Position numbers and translations under genes: made by a program
Notes under the pieces: generated by a model
Databases searched by the model: none
Seen by the model: the letters and a program-made list of their open reading frames with translations, nothing else
Told to the model about the DNA's origin: nothing
Origin: Eledone cirrhosa
Taxonomy: Eukaryota
Reading direction: 5' to 3'
Assembly (NCBI GenBank): GCA_964016885.1
Contig: OZ024743.1
Coordinates: 291,338,001 to 291,402,000 of the forward strand
DNA length: 64,000 bases
Part shown: positions 41,731 to 55,326 of the stretch, one piece after another
Numbering within the stretch: position 1 is the first letter of the stretch
How the letters are laid out: the number at the start of each line of letters is the position of its first letter

Positions 41731-42343
41731 TAAAATCTCATGTTTAAAATTTGTTATTGACAATAGTAAGATACATTTAGAAGAAATTACTATTTTCCAG
41801 TCTTTCTGAACTGTCGAGGCAGATTACGCAATTTGCATTGTTCGTTCCTGTTAGTTCTAAAACGTTACTCGTCACATATACGACACACGACTAATAGAAT
41901 TTTCACTGAACAGAGACGCTATTCACCATTCAAATTCATATAACTTATCATATTTGCATCAGCAGTTGTTGTTCGTATCTTTGGTGATGTTAGTGATACC
42001 AGGCATTTTCTTTAGCTGTATATTTCCCTTCAAATGTCTGTAGGAATCTACGTTGATTGCAGTTATATACTATATAAAATCTTATTTCATGCATTAAAAC
42101 AAATTTAAGTCAACACGTACTATTACACACCCATGTACCACACGCACACACACTATATAAATATACATGCATGCGTTCAAATCGTAATGGCCCATTACAA
42201 TTTGAACGCATATGTGTATATGTATGTGTTCATTTTTCTCTTTTGTTAAATTATACTATACGGCTCGGAAAAACCTTTTTACTAGAGTTAATTTTACTGT
42301 AATGAGACTATTTTCAGTTTCTAACTCAATACGTGCTTTTGAT

Positions 42344-42417
<74 letters not shown>

Positions 42418-42427
42418 AACCAGTAAG

Positions 42428-42521
42428 ACCCCGACAGCTGAGCTCAAGCCGTTTCGACGGCTAATTCTGGACTAAATGAAAATTTATCCTGGTATTTAAA
42501 TAGCTGATCTTCTCAAGGGGT
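42428..42521 (-). ncRNA. Hammerhead motif C, left arm
   Basis: Near reverse complement of 44912-45005. Confidence 0.75.
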
Positions 42522-44911
42522 AATTCCATATGTGGGCAAAGTGATTGTCAAAAATCAGTAGTAATTCTGTGGTTGCAAATTAGTAGGGGAGATGGTGGCT
42601 AAACCTGCCAGTAGGAGAAAGAGGGGAGGGGGTGGAGTAGACCCAATCAAGCGTTGGTAGTGCCAGCTACAGCTGGGCATGAGGTCAAAGAAGATACAGG
42701 GGAGGGGGAGGGGGAGGAAGTCGGAACGGTAGGTAGAACAATGGGGGGTAGAAATATAGGAAGGAAAAAATACTGAGAGTGAAGAAAAGCAAATAAGTGT
42801 AAAGAAAAAAGTAAAGTAAATTAAAATCTACGACCTAGGTGTCAGGCTATTGTTAGGCTAGAATAAAATAAATAAAGAAAGAAAGAAGTAAAGAAAGAAA
42901 TAAATAAAGAAATAACGAAATAAGTAAGTAAAAGAACTAGGTGGGACGGAATAGGCAAAGACCCTTTTAAGAGGTATAAGTACGTAAATGATACGGTGAC
43001 GGGTCAACAAAAGGGGCCAAAATACTAAAGAGACTACCACGAAATAAACAATAAAGGTTTCCATCCCGGGCCAGCAACGACCCAGTGCAGCAAATTGAAC
43101 TTGTACGAGATAAAAATTCTGAGTCCCGAGAAAAATATATACTAATGCTAACTCTAAAAGATCTAAAACAAGCTACATGAAAGTTCGTACGAAATAAAGG
43201 TAGAATACGGAGAAATAAATTCAGAATCCACCCCGCCCAGAAGAAAAGCGAAGCAAGAAATACTGAAACGAAAAAATAAGGCATAAGTGCCACTAAGAAA
43301 TATAGAGGGCACAGAGAATAGTGGGAGCGGTCGGAAAGAGGGGGCAAGTATCCGGGGTCTAAGCCAACTGCTATAAAGGGCGGAGTCCGCCAAATCTATC
43401 ATAGACTAGGGGAGGGGGTGGTTGTGGTACTAAGGCTACATGGGGCCAAAGGGCAGCCTCGGGTGGGCGAGAAAAGACGCCGACAAAGGAGAAGAGCTGG
43501 GGTAGAAGGACAAAGGAGAGAGGGGGAAGGAAATAAAGGAAGCGATAAAAGAATACAAAGAAGATCTTACGTCTTCCTTGGCAAGCAGGGGTTACCCATT
43601 GCAAAATCGGCAAGTGGTATTCTTACACGGGAGGACGCCGTCCGTGCAATTTATGCTCGGAGGAAACTTTACATATGCTGTTTTCGACGGACCAACTCCT
43701 AAACAAGAAAGATGAACTGGTTACTGCATGTAAACATAGATTGCGTAGGACTTACCTCGCCCTCAAACCCCATAATGACCCGGGGGGGGGGGGGTAGACT
43801 AGGGCCTTAACACCCCACTTGCCGATTTTGCAATGGGTAACCCCTGCTTGCCAAGGAAGACGTAAGATCTTCTTTGTATTTCTTTTATCGCTTCCTTTAT
43901 TTCCTTCCCTCCTCTCTCCTTTGTCCTTCTACCCCAGCTCTTCTCCTTTGTCGGCGTCTTTTCTCGCCCACCCGAGGCTGCCCTTTGGCCCCATGTAGCC
44001 TTAGTATCCCCACCACCCCCTCCCCTAGTCTATGATAGATTTGGCGGACTCCGCCCTTTATAGCAGTTGGCTTAGACCCCGGATACTTGCCCCCTCTTTC
44101 CGACCGCTCCCACTATTCTCTGTGCCCTCTATATTTCTTAGTGGCACTTATGCCTTATTTTTTCGTTTCAGTATTTCTTGCTTCGCTTTTCTTCTGGGCG
44201 GGGTGGATTCTGAATTTATTTCTCCGTATTCTACCTTTATTTCGTACGAACTTTCATGTAGCTTGTTTTAGATCTTTTAGAGTTAGCATTAGTATATATT
44301 TTTCTCGAGACTCAGAATTTTTATCTCGTACAAGTTCACTTTGCTGCACTGGGTCGTTGCTGGCCCGGGATGGAAACCTTTATTGTTTATTTCGTGGTAG
44401 TCTCTTTAGTATTTTGGCCCCTTTTGTTGACCCGTCACCGTATCATTTACGTACTTATACTTCTTAAAAGGGTCTTTGCTTATCCGTCCCACCTAGTTCT
44501 TTTACTTACTTATTTCGTTATTTCTTTATTTATTTATTTATTTACTTCTTTCTTTCTTTATTTATTTTATTCTAGCCTAACAATAGCCTGACACCTAGGT
44601 CGTAGATTTTAATTTACTTTACTTTTTTCTTTACACTTATTTGCTTTTCTTCACTCTCAGTATTTTTTCCTTCCTATATTTCTACCCCCCATTGTTCTAC
44701 CTACCGTTCCGACTTCCCTCCCCTCCCCCTCCCCTGTATCTTCTTTGACCTCATGCCCAGCTGCAGCTGGCACTACCAACGCTTGATTGGGTCTACTCCA
44801 CCCCCTCCCCTCTCTCTCCTACTGGCAGGTTTAGCCACCATCTCCCCTACTAATTTGCAACCAAAGAATTACTACTGATTTTTGACAATCACTTTGACCA
44901 TATATGGAATT

Positions 44912-45005
44912 ACCCCTTGAGAAGATCGGCTATTTAAATACCAGGATAAATTTTCATTTAGTCCAGAATTAGCCGTCGAAACGGCTTGAGCTCAGCTGTC
45001 GGGGT
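44912..45005 (+). ncRNA. Hammerhead motif C, U3-A8 core, long stem II, paired stem III
   Basis: acccc TTGAGAA GATCGGCTA..TAGCCGTC GAAA CGGCT tgagctc AGCTG TC ggggt; predicted cut between 45000 and 45001. Confidence 0.8.
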
Positions 45006-45096
45006 CTTACTGGTTCCTATTACCCACTCTACTACCTCAACTATTGAGTACTTTGGTGCGTTATGGTCCACCTGGTTCCTTGCCACATTTCCTTCG

Positions 45097-45147
<51 letters not shown>

Positions 45148-45149
<2 letters not shown>

Positions 45150-45470
45150 GTGAAAGAGTGAAAAACTATTTGATTATGGATGCACTGTATTGACACAACT
45201 TCAAGTGATTAGCAACCTTTAGACCTCCTCATCAATGAAACAATTGTTAATACTGTAAATAAAACCATGTTTGTGCTGTTGACCATGTAATTCTTCACTC
45301 TTTCACTATTATTACTCCAAGATTAACCCCCATAGGAATTCCCGTGAACTCGCCACCTAACTAAGGAAACCACTTGTTGAGTCAAACTACGCCGTAAGTT
45401 ACAACTATTCATAATACAGAGTACTGACAACCTCTAATTGGATTACCTATAACGATAATTTGTTATCCCA
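45148..45470. mobile_element. Mini fold-back insertion in (TA)n
   Basis: tagtgaaagagtgaa at 45148 versus ttcactctttcacta at ~45294-45308; unique tail to 45470. Confidence 0.5.
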
Positions 45471-45493
45471 TATATATATAAATATATATATAC

Positions 45494-45983
45494 ATGAATG
45501 GAACAGCAACATCACAACTTACAATTAAGGACAAAATGAAAACACACAGGGCACATAGAACAAACAACCAACCAGTAACATGCAAATAAATAAATAAATA
45601 AACGAATATAAACACACACGGACACCCGGATGTAACAAATGCGCAAACTAAGCCCACAACACACACACAAAAACAAGATGGCATAGGACAGAACGAAGGA
45701 GAGGCACAAACACAAAGAAAAGAATCCCCAGTCACTGAAGAAGTCACAGAATGTGTGACGAAATAACTTTGACAATATATAAACAATCATCTGGTTGTGA
45801 AACCAACCAACCAACCGGAAATTTATAAATTCCTAAATTTATAAATTTATTATAATAAATTAAAGTGAAAGCAGCTGGTGCCTGTGTTTCTTATTGGCAA
45901 CATGACCCTCCCAAAGTATAACAATATCGGTTTCAACACACGTTTTCAGATAAAGAATCTTGCTCAACAAATTCAGAAACGAT
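45494..45983 (+). mobile_element. PLE family A 3' end without an inverted arm
   Basis: Homologous to 34748-35238; between TA tracts. Confidence 0.85.
45731..45773 (+). ncRNA. Hammerhead motif A
   Basis: gtca CTGAAGA a GTCACA gaatg TGTGAC GAAA taac TT tgac. Confidence 0.75.
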
Positions 45984-46689
45984 ATATATATATATATATA
46001 TAATTAGATTTATAAATATGTGTGTCTATATATGCATATAAATTGTAACATACACCATTTATAAACGATGCAGTTAGCGACGGATTGTATAATCCAAATA
46101 TTGGATGAAGACAGTTAATAACGTGCTCGCAAGTTATTAGGTGACTTTTATATGTGTGTGCTTCTCTCCCTGTTTCACCCCTCTATAGATATAGTTTGGA
46201 TGCCACTACAATACAGTCGGGTTTGTAATACTGAGTTAACAAGATCGGAGGAGGCAGCAAAGATATTAATATCAGTGCAAATATCAGTAGGAATTGAAAA
46301 AAGAAAAACCAGAGACGTTGTTATCTTAGTAATTATTCATTAATTCCAGTGGGTGGAACGTACCGGAGGGGAACATCGTAGTTCTACGTGTGGGATGAAT
46401 TAAAGTTATAACTACTTTCTGTAAGATTAAGTTGGGCTATTTTCTGTCTAGTATCGTAACTGTGGGCTATAATTTCCTTGCCATTTGGCCTAAGCTGGAA
46501 GGGTGTATATTAATGGTAGGCCAATTGGCAGATAGTAAACGGTACGGCATAGAGAACACAGGCGCCTGCTTTTGCCGATCAATACCGGTTACAACTGGTC
46601 CACCGTTCCTGACAATCATACCATACGCCAAAATGATCACGTGCTCACTGAGTAAGTGTCCCAACACCACTATCCATTTTTCCGAACCT

Positions 46690-47440
46690 CTCACATTAAA
46701 ATGAATAGTGCGTCCGAAATATATCGTGATTAATAAATATTACCTTGATAAAATAATCACTGGTTTCTCATGTATCTTCCCTTTTTTCATTCCCTTCTTT
46801 GCATTACATCTAAAACTTCTTCCTACACCATAAGGTTTTATTAACTGCTTATTTATAACCCTGACTAAATTATAGCGGATTCCACAATATACCCACAAAT
46901 TCTGTTCCACAATGCTTCGAACAAAATACATTAAACACGCACATAATTTTATACTGTTTGAATTTGTTACAAATATTCGATGAAATACTTTCTAACAATT
47001 TTCATCTGATTTATAATATCTTATTTATATGCCATTCCATGATATTTACATTAGAATATTTAGCAATTTCCCATATTATTCCTATACATTTGTTCAAAGC
47101 TCATTTAAAACTCTTTGACGCTATCAACCGAGGGTTGATTTTCAACGTTACTTACCTCAATCGGTAAAAAGTCTTGTAAATTTCTCTCATTGAATCGATT
47201 TATTTTGAAATGGTTCATTGTAGATTTGTTAAGGTACATACGTCAGCCAAACAATTTCTTTCACCAACCTCTATAAAATTCCCGGATGAGAACTTGTCAA
47301 CTGCAAAGAAATAAGCTTTGTAATTTCAGTGAGCTGATTCTGGTCTCTTTTTATCAGAATTTTGGCCAATGGTCAGTTCTTTTAAAGTGTTTCTTTACAT
47401 ATCATGTGGAAGAATTCCAATCTCTTTTGTGAATAATGCC
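46690..47440 (-). mobile_element. Possible decayed piggyBac transposase C-terminus
   Basis: MYRNNMG (YNxxMG-like) and FHRIFVTNS remnants; very degenerate. Confidence 0.3.
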
Positions 47441-47537
47441 CTGATTACATAATATATACAAATAAAATACAGAGTTACGAACTCATATTATGTATATATA
47501 GAGAGAGTTATGTAATAAACAACATAAGATAATTATA

Positions 47538-47597
47538 TCATTTACCAGTGGTTTCTTGAAAGAAGATATTTATATCTGTTTTCAGTCGTCAGAATGA
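47538..47597 (-). ncRNA. Hammerhead motif D, left arm
   Basis: tcatt CTGACGA cTGAAA..TTTCAa GAAA ccactgg TA aatga. Confidence 0.75.
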
Positions 47598-49789
47598 ATA
47601 AAAACATGGTGTTTTTTATTAAATATGGATTTGAAAACAAAAATATTTAAGAAATATAAAAGTGAGGCTGAGAAACAAATAGACGAAAACGCACACACAC
47701 ATGCAACGCATCCACACACACGTACAAATAAATAATCAAAATACTATAAATGTAAGTATATATGAGCCTGTCTGCAAAAGCGCCCGCACGCAGCCCTATG
47801 TGAGAGCATAAAACTATAGTGAGTAAGTAAGGAAAAAAGTGGAGTAAAATTGAAATAAAAACCCAATTATTAAGAATAGGTAAGGGAAAAAATTGTAGTA
47901 AAAGGTTTGTGATGAGATCAAGATAAGAATATCTGGTTAAAGAGTGAACTGAGTAAAGGATAAAGGTGGTAGGTGTGTATGTGTAAAGGGTAAGGTAGAA
48001 AAAAGGGTGGATTATAAGTCAACCAGAAAAAAAAATTAATAATTTAAATGAATTAAATAATAGGAAAAAAAAATATAAGGAGAAATAGAAGGAGATGAGG
48101 GAGAAAAGTATAAATGGGTAAGAAGTAAGAGTTCATATGGTAATACTATACGTAGTAAGTAGAAGGCTTAATGAGTAAAGAAGAAGCTCAAGGTGGTTCA
48201 TTCATCGTAGGAATGTCAATCCAGTTAAAAAGTAGATGCGATTTCAGATGTGGACAACATCAGAAGATCTCCGTGCTGGAGTTGAGGCAAGTGAAAGGGG
48301 CTTTCAAATGTTTGAGAATTCTAATTTTTTCCGTGGTGCACAAAGATCATTTCTTTATGGCCCTTTGGTAATCTCTTGAATGGTCTAAAATAGACCAATC
48401 ACTAGTGTACGGAATGTTTTTGTCTTTGAATTCCCACACTTTATTTGCAAGGGCCGTTGCTCTTCTTTTCTCAGGGTGTTTAAAAGAAGCGACATGTGCA
48501 TAATACCTGGTTTTGAATCTGTCCTGAGTCATGCCAACATATCGTTCACACCTGGCTGGCTGGTTATTAATCAACGGTGTCAATTTGGCCTCATACACAA
48601 TGGATTTCGTATTACATTTACCCTGTAAAGGGCATTATTCCGGCTTCCAGTAACTCCATCCTGGATTTACTCTCGTACGATTAGAGTTGGTAATTTTAGT
48701 CTTTATTGATGGACAGCAAGAGTAACTGATTTTGACTACATTTCTATTAAATATCTTATTATATCTATGATTAGGGGGAAATGTTTGTCTAGGAAGTCGA
48801 GGGATTTCCTTCCTACATTAGTTTTGACAGTTAGAGAGAAGGGGGTGTAAACCAAATAATTTTCTTTTCCTGTTATAGTGTTTGATGTTAGAGGGAGGAG
48901 TAGGTAAATATTTAATATGTTCTGTGAAGCCGCTGTTATTGAAGGCCTTGTTATAATATGGGGCGGCTTTGTTAAAAATGTATAGAGACGAAGATAAGGT
49001 AGAAATCCTACGGCTAATGTAGGAATAAGATTGTTAAATGCTATAGGAGGATGGCAAGACTCTGTGTGTATATATCTTAGATTCTCGTTAGGTTTGTGAT
49101 AAGGTTTAAAAGAGGCAGTAAGTAGATCAAGATTACTATAAAGAAAGTTAGTATTAGTAAGGTTCGTATCTATAGTAATTTTAAGGTTTAGGTTAGCAAA
49201 GGGATTGATTAGATCTTTACGGAATGTATCAAGGTTATGACCGTTGGGGGTATGAGAAACTGCCAAACCGTCGTCTCAGTATAAACCGATATTATGGCAA
49301 GGACATTTCTCTTTAAGGGTGTGGAGAAGGAATAATCCTACTTAGTCGCACACATCAGGACTATCATATGAGTCGATCGAAACATCAAAAGAGTTTTTAG
49401 TCTTGACTTTTTAACCCAAATACTTTTATGAGCAAAGCGTAGAGTTTTCCTAGCATGAAAGATAACGTCTTCTAATTTAGAAATATTAATGAAAGGTCTT
49501 GCAAAACCTAAGGCTTTTGTTAATAAGGAAACAGTGATAAAGAGGTAAAAATCAACAATATCAAATTGGGTAAATCTACACTTATTTTTTCCTTGTATAT
49601 TATTAAACCAATAGATAACAGGGGATGTATTTAACCATTGTGCTAAGTCAATGTTAGTTATTATTTGGAGTATTTTTTTATGAATTTGTATTTTTTATAC
49701 GTATGTATGTGTGTGGTTGTGTATGTGTATATTCATTTTTGCAAGCATGTGTATGTGCGTATGTATGTTTATTTTATATTTGTATGTAC

Positions 49790-49821
<32 letters not shown>

Positions 49822-50360
49822 ACACATGCATATGTGTGTGTATGTTTATACGTGTGTATGAGTTCTATGCATGTCTATATATATGTGTGTGTGTATGTGT
49901 GTGTATGTATGTGTATATTTATGTATATATTTGTATATGCACATCTTGTGTATATGTTTGTTTTTAATCTGTTTTTATTCCCCCTCCCTCTACACCCTCT
50001 TACTTATCGCTGTCAACAAGTCTCCCTTTCGCCTTTATTTTATTTTTTTAATTTTTGACTTTGTATATCTTTTTGTTCTTATTCATTTATTTATTTTTTA
50101 CTTCATATATATATGTATGTGTTAGTATTTATGTGGCTGTCTGTAAACGCTAATACGTTTATGTGATATAGTAATTGTCATCGTACCTTTAATATATGTG
50201 CGTCGTTTGGTGAGTCTACTTACACTCTGGAAACATTTTTTATATATATTTATATATTTTGTTTACCCTTCTTTTTCGTCTGTTTGTTTCTTAGCCTTAC
50301 TTTCATATTAAATATTTTTGTTTTCACATCCATATTTAATAAAAACACCATGTTTCTTAT

Positions 50361-50419
50361 TCATTCTGACGACTGAAAAAAATATAAATATCTGCTTTCA
50401 AGAAACCACTGGTAAATGA
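50361..50419 (+). ncRNA. Hammerhead motif D, right arm
   Basis: Same layout as the left arm. Confidence 0.75.
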
Positions 50420-50529
50420 AATAATTATATTATGTTGTTTATTACATAACTTATAAGCTCTGTAACCTACATAGAGCACTCTTTCTTCCTGTACCTTTCC
50501 GACGGAATTACTTCATTTATATATATATA

Positions 50530-51152
<623 letters not shown>

Positions 51153-51192
51153 GCTTATATATACATGCATATATATTCAAATATATATATGA

Positions 51193-51280
<88 letters not shown>

Positions 51281-51366
51281 TGTATATATATATAGATATA
51301 TATATATATATATATATAGAAAGGATAAAAAGGACGATTGATTATTCCTTCCTTGCATTTATTGAT

Positions 51367-51449
51367 AGGTGACGCGCGTTTTCGGCACTGATCAGCTCAA
51401 GATTCGATCTATATCGATCCTACTCAATAATCGGCAGCTCGACGGACCC
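51367..51449 (-). ncRNA. Hammerhead-like motif F, left arm
   Basis: Near reverse complement of 53998-54084. Confidence 0.5.
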
Positions 51450-52252
51450 TTTTAAAATGCTATAAGAAAATGAAATACATGCTATGTGGTAAAGTCAGAG
51501 TTTCAAGAGTTTGACAAAATGAGATGTTTTGATTGGTGAGAAGGATCAAGGCGATGTACTGGCCTGTAGTGTTTATGGGGGTGGGGGTGATGGTGAGATG
51601 TTGGTGACGGTTTGTGGATGAGGTGGGCTGTGATGTGGTGGCGGTGGGTTGGCCTTGGTGTGTGGATTTGTGGGGGTGGACGTGATGATATGATGGTGGT
51701 TAAGGTTATTTAGTGGGATGGGCTGTGGTATGAGGTTAGTGGATTGTCAGTAGACGGGTTGCGTGTGGGTGGGGTGTGGTAGTGGTGTCTTTGTCTATGG
51801 TAGCGGCGTTTGTGGTGGTGTGGTGGATATATTGGTGGCGTCAGGTCCTTACATAGATACATAGTTAGACCCTCTTCGTCTGACAGATACCTTGTATATA
51901 CGTATACGTACACACATATATGTATATATGTGCACATACATTGTTGTATAAACACACACAACATAAAACACATACGCACATCCTTGCCCACACATATCGG
52001 CATACGCTCACACACAGCCATATGTATATGTACACACATGTATGTGCATGCGCGCATGCGGACACGAATATGGAGAGTGGAGGAATATCGGTGGGGGTGG
52101 CGAACGACAGAGATGGGGGGAAGGTGAAAGGCGATGTAGAAGGTGTTTTATATATATACATACACATACATACACATGGGTATGGGCACATGGACGCACA
52201 CTCATGTACGCAAGATATACACATACACACTCGAACACACGTATACTCATAC

Positions 52253-52287
<35 letters not shown>

Positions 52288-53180
52288 CACATGTACCGAC
52301 AACACACACATACACGCACATATACACATACATGCACATATATGAGCTCACTTACACATACAGTCAGATTTACCCATATACATATATGTAGACGTACTCA
52401 TACACACACATACATACACATACATATATACACACACCTACACATATGCATACACATACACATATACATATATATATACAGATATATATATATATACACA
52501 CATAGACATATGCATACACATGTGTTCACATACACACACACACACATACAGATAAATTTGCGTACACTTACGCACACTTAAAACGCCCGTATGAGTAAAA
52601 TACTTACACACAGACACACACACTATTGTTGGTTGGCGAGTGTGTTTTGTGGTGGTGGTGGTGGTGGTGGAGTTGTGAGGGACAAAAATATATATACCGG
52701 ATCGAATACCGGTTAAAAGGTGACATAGGGAACGCTGGGGAAAAGCGTTTATGGACGTACGGCGATGTGTGTTGTGGACATGGTGATGGTGGTGGTGCTG
52801 GGGTGATATGTTCGACAACTCCACCACCCCACCACAAAACACAACTCCATACTTCATCAACACCGACAAAACATACCTCCACTCCCCAACCAACGATAGT
52901 GTGTGTGTCTGTGTGTAAGTATTTTACTCATACGGGCGTTTTAAGTGTGCGTACGTGTAGGCAAATTTATCTGTATGTGTGTGTGTGTATGTGAACACAT
53001 GTGTATGTATATGTCTATGTGTGTATATATATATATATATATCTGTATATATATGTATATGTGTATGCATATGTGTATGTGTGTGTATATATGTATGTGT
53101 ATGTGTGTATGTGTAAGTGAGCTCATATATGTGCATGTATGTGTATATGTGCGTGTATGTGTATGTTGTCGGTACATGTG

Positions 53181-53215
<35 letters not shown>

Positions 53216-53997
53216 GTATGAGTATACGTGTGTGCGAGTGTGTATGTGTATATCTTGCATACATGAGTGTGATTCCATGTGCCCATACCCATGTGTATGT
53301 ATGTGTATGTATATATGTAAAACACCTTCTACATCGCCTCTCACCTTCCCCCCATCTCTGTCGTTCGCCACCCCCACCGATACTCCCCCACTCTCCATGC
53401 ACATACATGTGTGTACATATACATATGGCTGTGTGTGAGCGTATGCCGATATGTCTGGGCAAGGATGTGTGTATGTGTTTTATGTTGTGTGTGTTTATAC
53501 AACAATGTATGTTCACATATATACATATATGTGTGTACGTATACGTATATACAAGGTATCTGTCAGACGAAGAGCGTCTAACTATGTATCTATGTAAGGA
53601 CCTGACGCCACCAATACATCCACCACACCACCACAAACGCCGCTACCATAGACAAAGACACCACTACCACACCCCCACCCACACGCAACCCGTCTACTGA
53701 CAATCCACTAACCTCATACCACAGCCCATCCCACAAAATAACCTTAACCACCATCATATCATCACATCCACCCCCACAAATCCATACACCAAGGCCAACC
53801 CACCACCACCACACCACAACCCACCTTATCCACAGACCGTCACCGACATCTCACCATCACCCCCACCCCCATAAACACTACAGGCCAGTACATCGCCTTG
53901 ATCCTTCTCACCAATCAAAACATCTCATTTTGTCAAACACTTGAAACTCTGACTTTACCACATAGCATGTATTTCATTTTCTCATAGCATTTTAAGA

Positions 53998-54084
53998 GGG
54001 TCCGTCGAGCTGCCGATTATTGAGTCGGGTAGGATCGATATAGATCGAATCTTGAGCTGATCAGTGGCGAAACGCGCGTCACCT
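53998..54084 (+). ncRNA. Hammerhead-like motif F with non-canonical core
   Basis: gggt CCGTCGA GCTGCCGATTA..TGATCAGTGGC GAAA cgcgcg TC acct. Confidence 0.6.
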
Positions 54085-54242
54085 ATCAATAAATGCAATG
54101 AAGGAATAATCAATCGTCCTTTTTATCCTTTCTATATTTTACACTCTGTATAGCTCTACACATCATCACAGAAGTGAACCTAAACATCGAGTGCTCACCC
54201 GGGTGAACCTGCAGTAACTCCTAGTTACACCCTCTGGATATA

Positions 54243-54304
<62 letters not shown>

Positions 54305-54421
54305 AAAACAAATAACTTAATTTTAACTTAATTGTTTATATATATATACATGCATATATATACATACATATATATGCAAATATATATATATGAATATATA
54401 TATATATATATACATATATAT

Positions 54422-54502
<81 letters not shown>

Positions 54503-55326
54503 CTAGCAGTAAAGCCCGGCGTTGCTCGGGGTCGCTCAGTAGCTGTGTTAAAGTTACAATGTTAAGTTTCTTTCTTGGCTTAAAAACTGTAGTGTCTACT
54601 GTGCAGACTTGCATGTGGTGCTTTTGATTAATATTCCCTCAACCAACAATATGCCTTATGAAGTTAAGAAAACATAACGATAACCCGAATGTTATAACAA
54701 AAGAGGATGCTGGGGATAGAAACTGCACTGGTTATTTATTAACAAAGATCGAAAATGTAAACACTGCAACGCAGAGAAAAACATTAGCGTAACCAAATTA
54801 TCAGTTATGTCTGTCTGCACGCCTATATCACCTCTCTGCACGACTGGCTGTCTGCACGCCTATATCACCTCTCTGCACGACTATCTGTCTGCACGCCTAA
54901 CGACGAAATATTTGCTTGTTTTACGTAGTCTTTAAATAGACTTGTTTTCAAGTAAAAATATTGTTTTAAAATGCTTTTAAATGGAAATGAAGCAAAACGG
55001 AAGCTTAGTGTTCGAACTGATGAATTTTGCAGGTCAATATTTTGCTGGCTCGACAACTGAGAAAGCCAGCGTAATGTTTTACGTAAGACGCTCAATGTAA
55101 ACAGAACAAAGGGAAATAACTGATAACTTACGCTCAAAAATCGATACATTATATTCGATTTCGTCACATAGGGTGGGTCAATTTGAAATTTTTTTTTTCC
55201 GATGTCTTCGCTAGGGCTCAATGTACAAGTATAGCAATTTCGGTGCAATTCCGTGAGAGATTCTAAGAGGAGATGTGTGCCGAAAATCGATAGACAGACA
55301 GACAACCACAGTTTTATATATATAGA
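54503..55326 (-). mobile_element. Non-autonomous Helitron, both ends present
   Basis: 5' A|TCTATATATATAAAA, GTCT repeats, 3' hairpin cccgagcaacgccggg then CTAG|T; internal 34-bp tandem repeat at ~54810-54900. Confidence 0.8.

Larger units (their letters stand above)
42413..45098 (+). mobile_element. Fold-back Naiad-type PLE insertion C (1.2-kb arms)
   Basis: Arms 42413-43617 and 43815-45020; spacer 43621-43797 encodes SYTGGRRPCNLCSEETL..LLNKKDELVTACKHR; tail 45021-45098; TA flanks. Confidence 0.92.
47506..50518 (-). mobile_element. Naiad-type PLE D: 5'-truncated RT + GIY-YIG on minus (48188-49665) with an inverted 3' end at 49670-50518
   Basis: FDIVDFY, GLY*DDGL, ESCHPP, CPLQGKC..IVYEA..YVGMT..FKTRY, *SLC..E, CPH; about 200 bp of terminal inverted homology carrying HHRs. 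Confidence 0.9.
51315..54238. mobile_element. Fold-back PLE-type insertion F (about 1.3-kb arms, microsatellite-rich, non-coding)
   Basis: Arms 51315-52677 and 52815-54136; tail 54137-54238; TA flanks; HHR-like motif in each arm. Confidence 0.8.

Noticed and set aside
42858-44591. Duplicated ORFs on opposite strands (also at 22152/23049)
   Set aside because: Products of the inverted arms, lying in UTR sequence with no protein motifs
47760-47812. SECIS-like ATGA..AAAA..TGAG string
   Set aside because: On the strand opposite the Naiad ORF, and helix II pairs poorly
49276-49278. TGA in GLY*DDGL as selenocysteine
   Set aside because: The position is normally Arg; CGA to TGA CpG decay explains it
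54805-54900. CRISPR-like repeat
   Set aside because: Head-to-tail tandem without spacers, inside a Helitron in eukaryotic DNA
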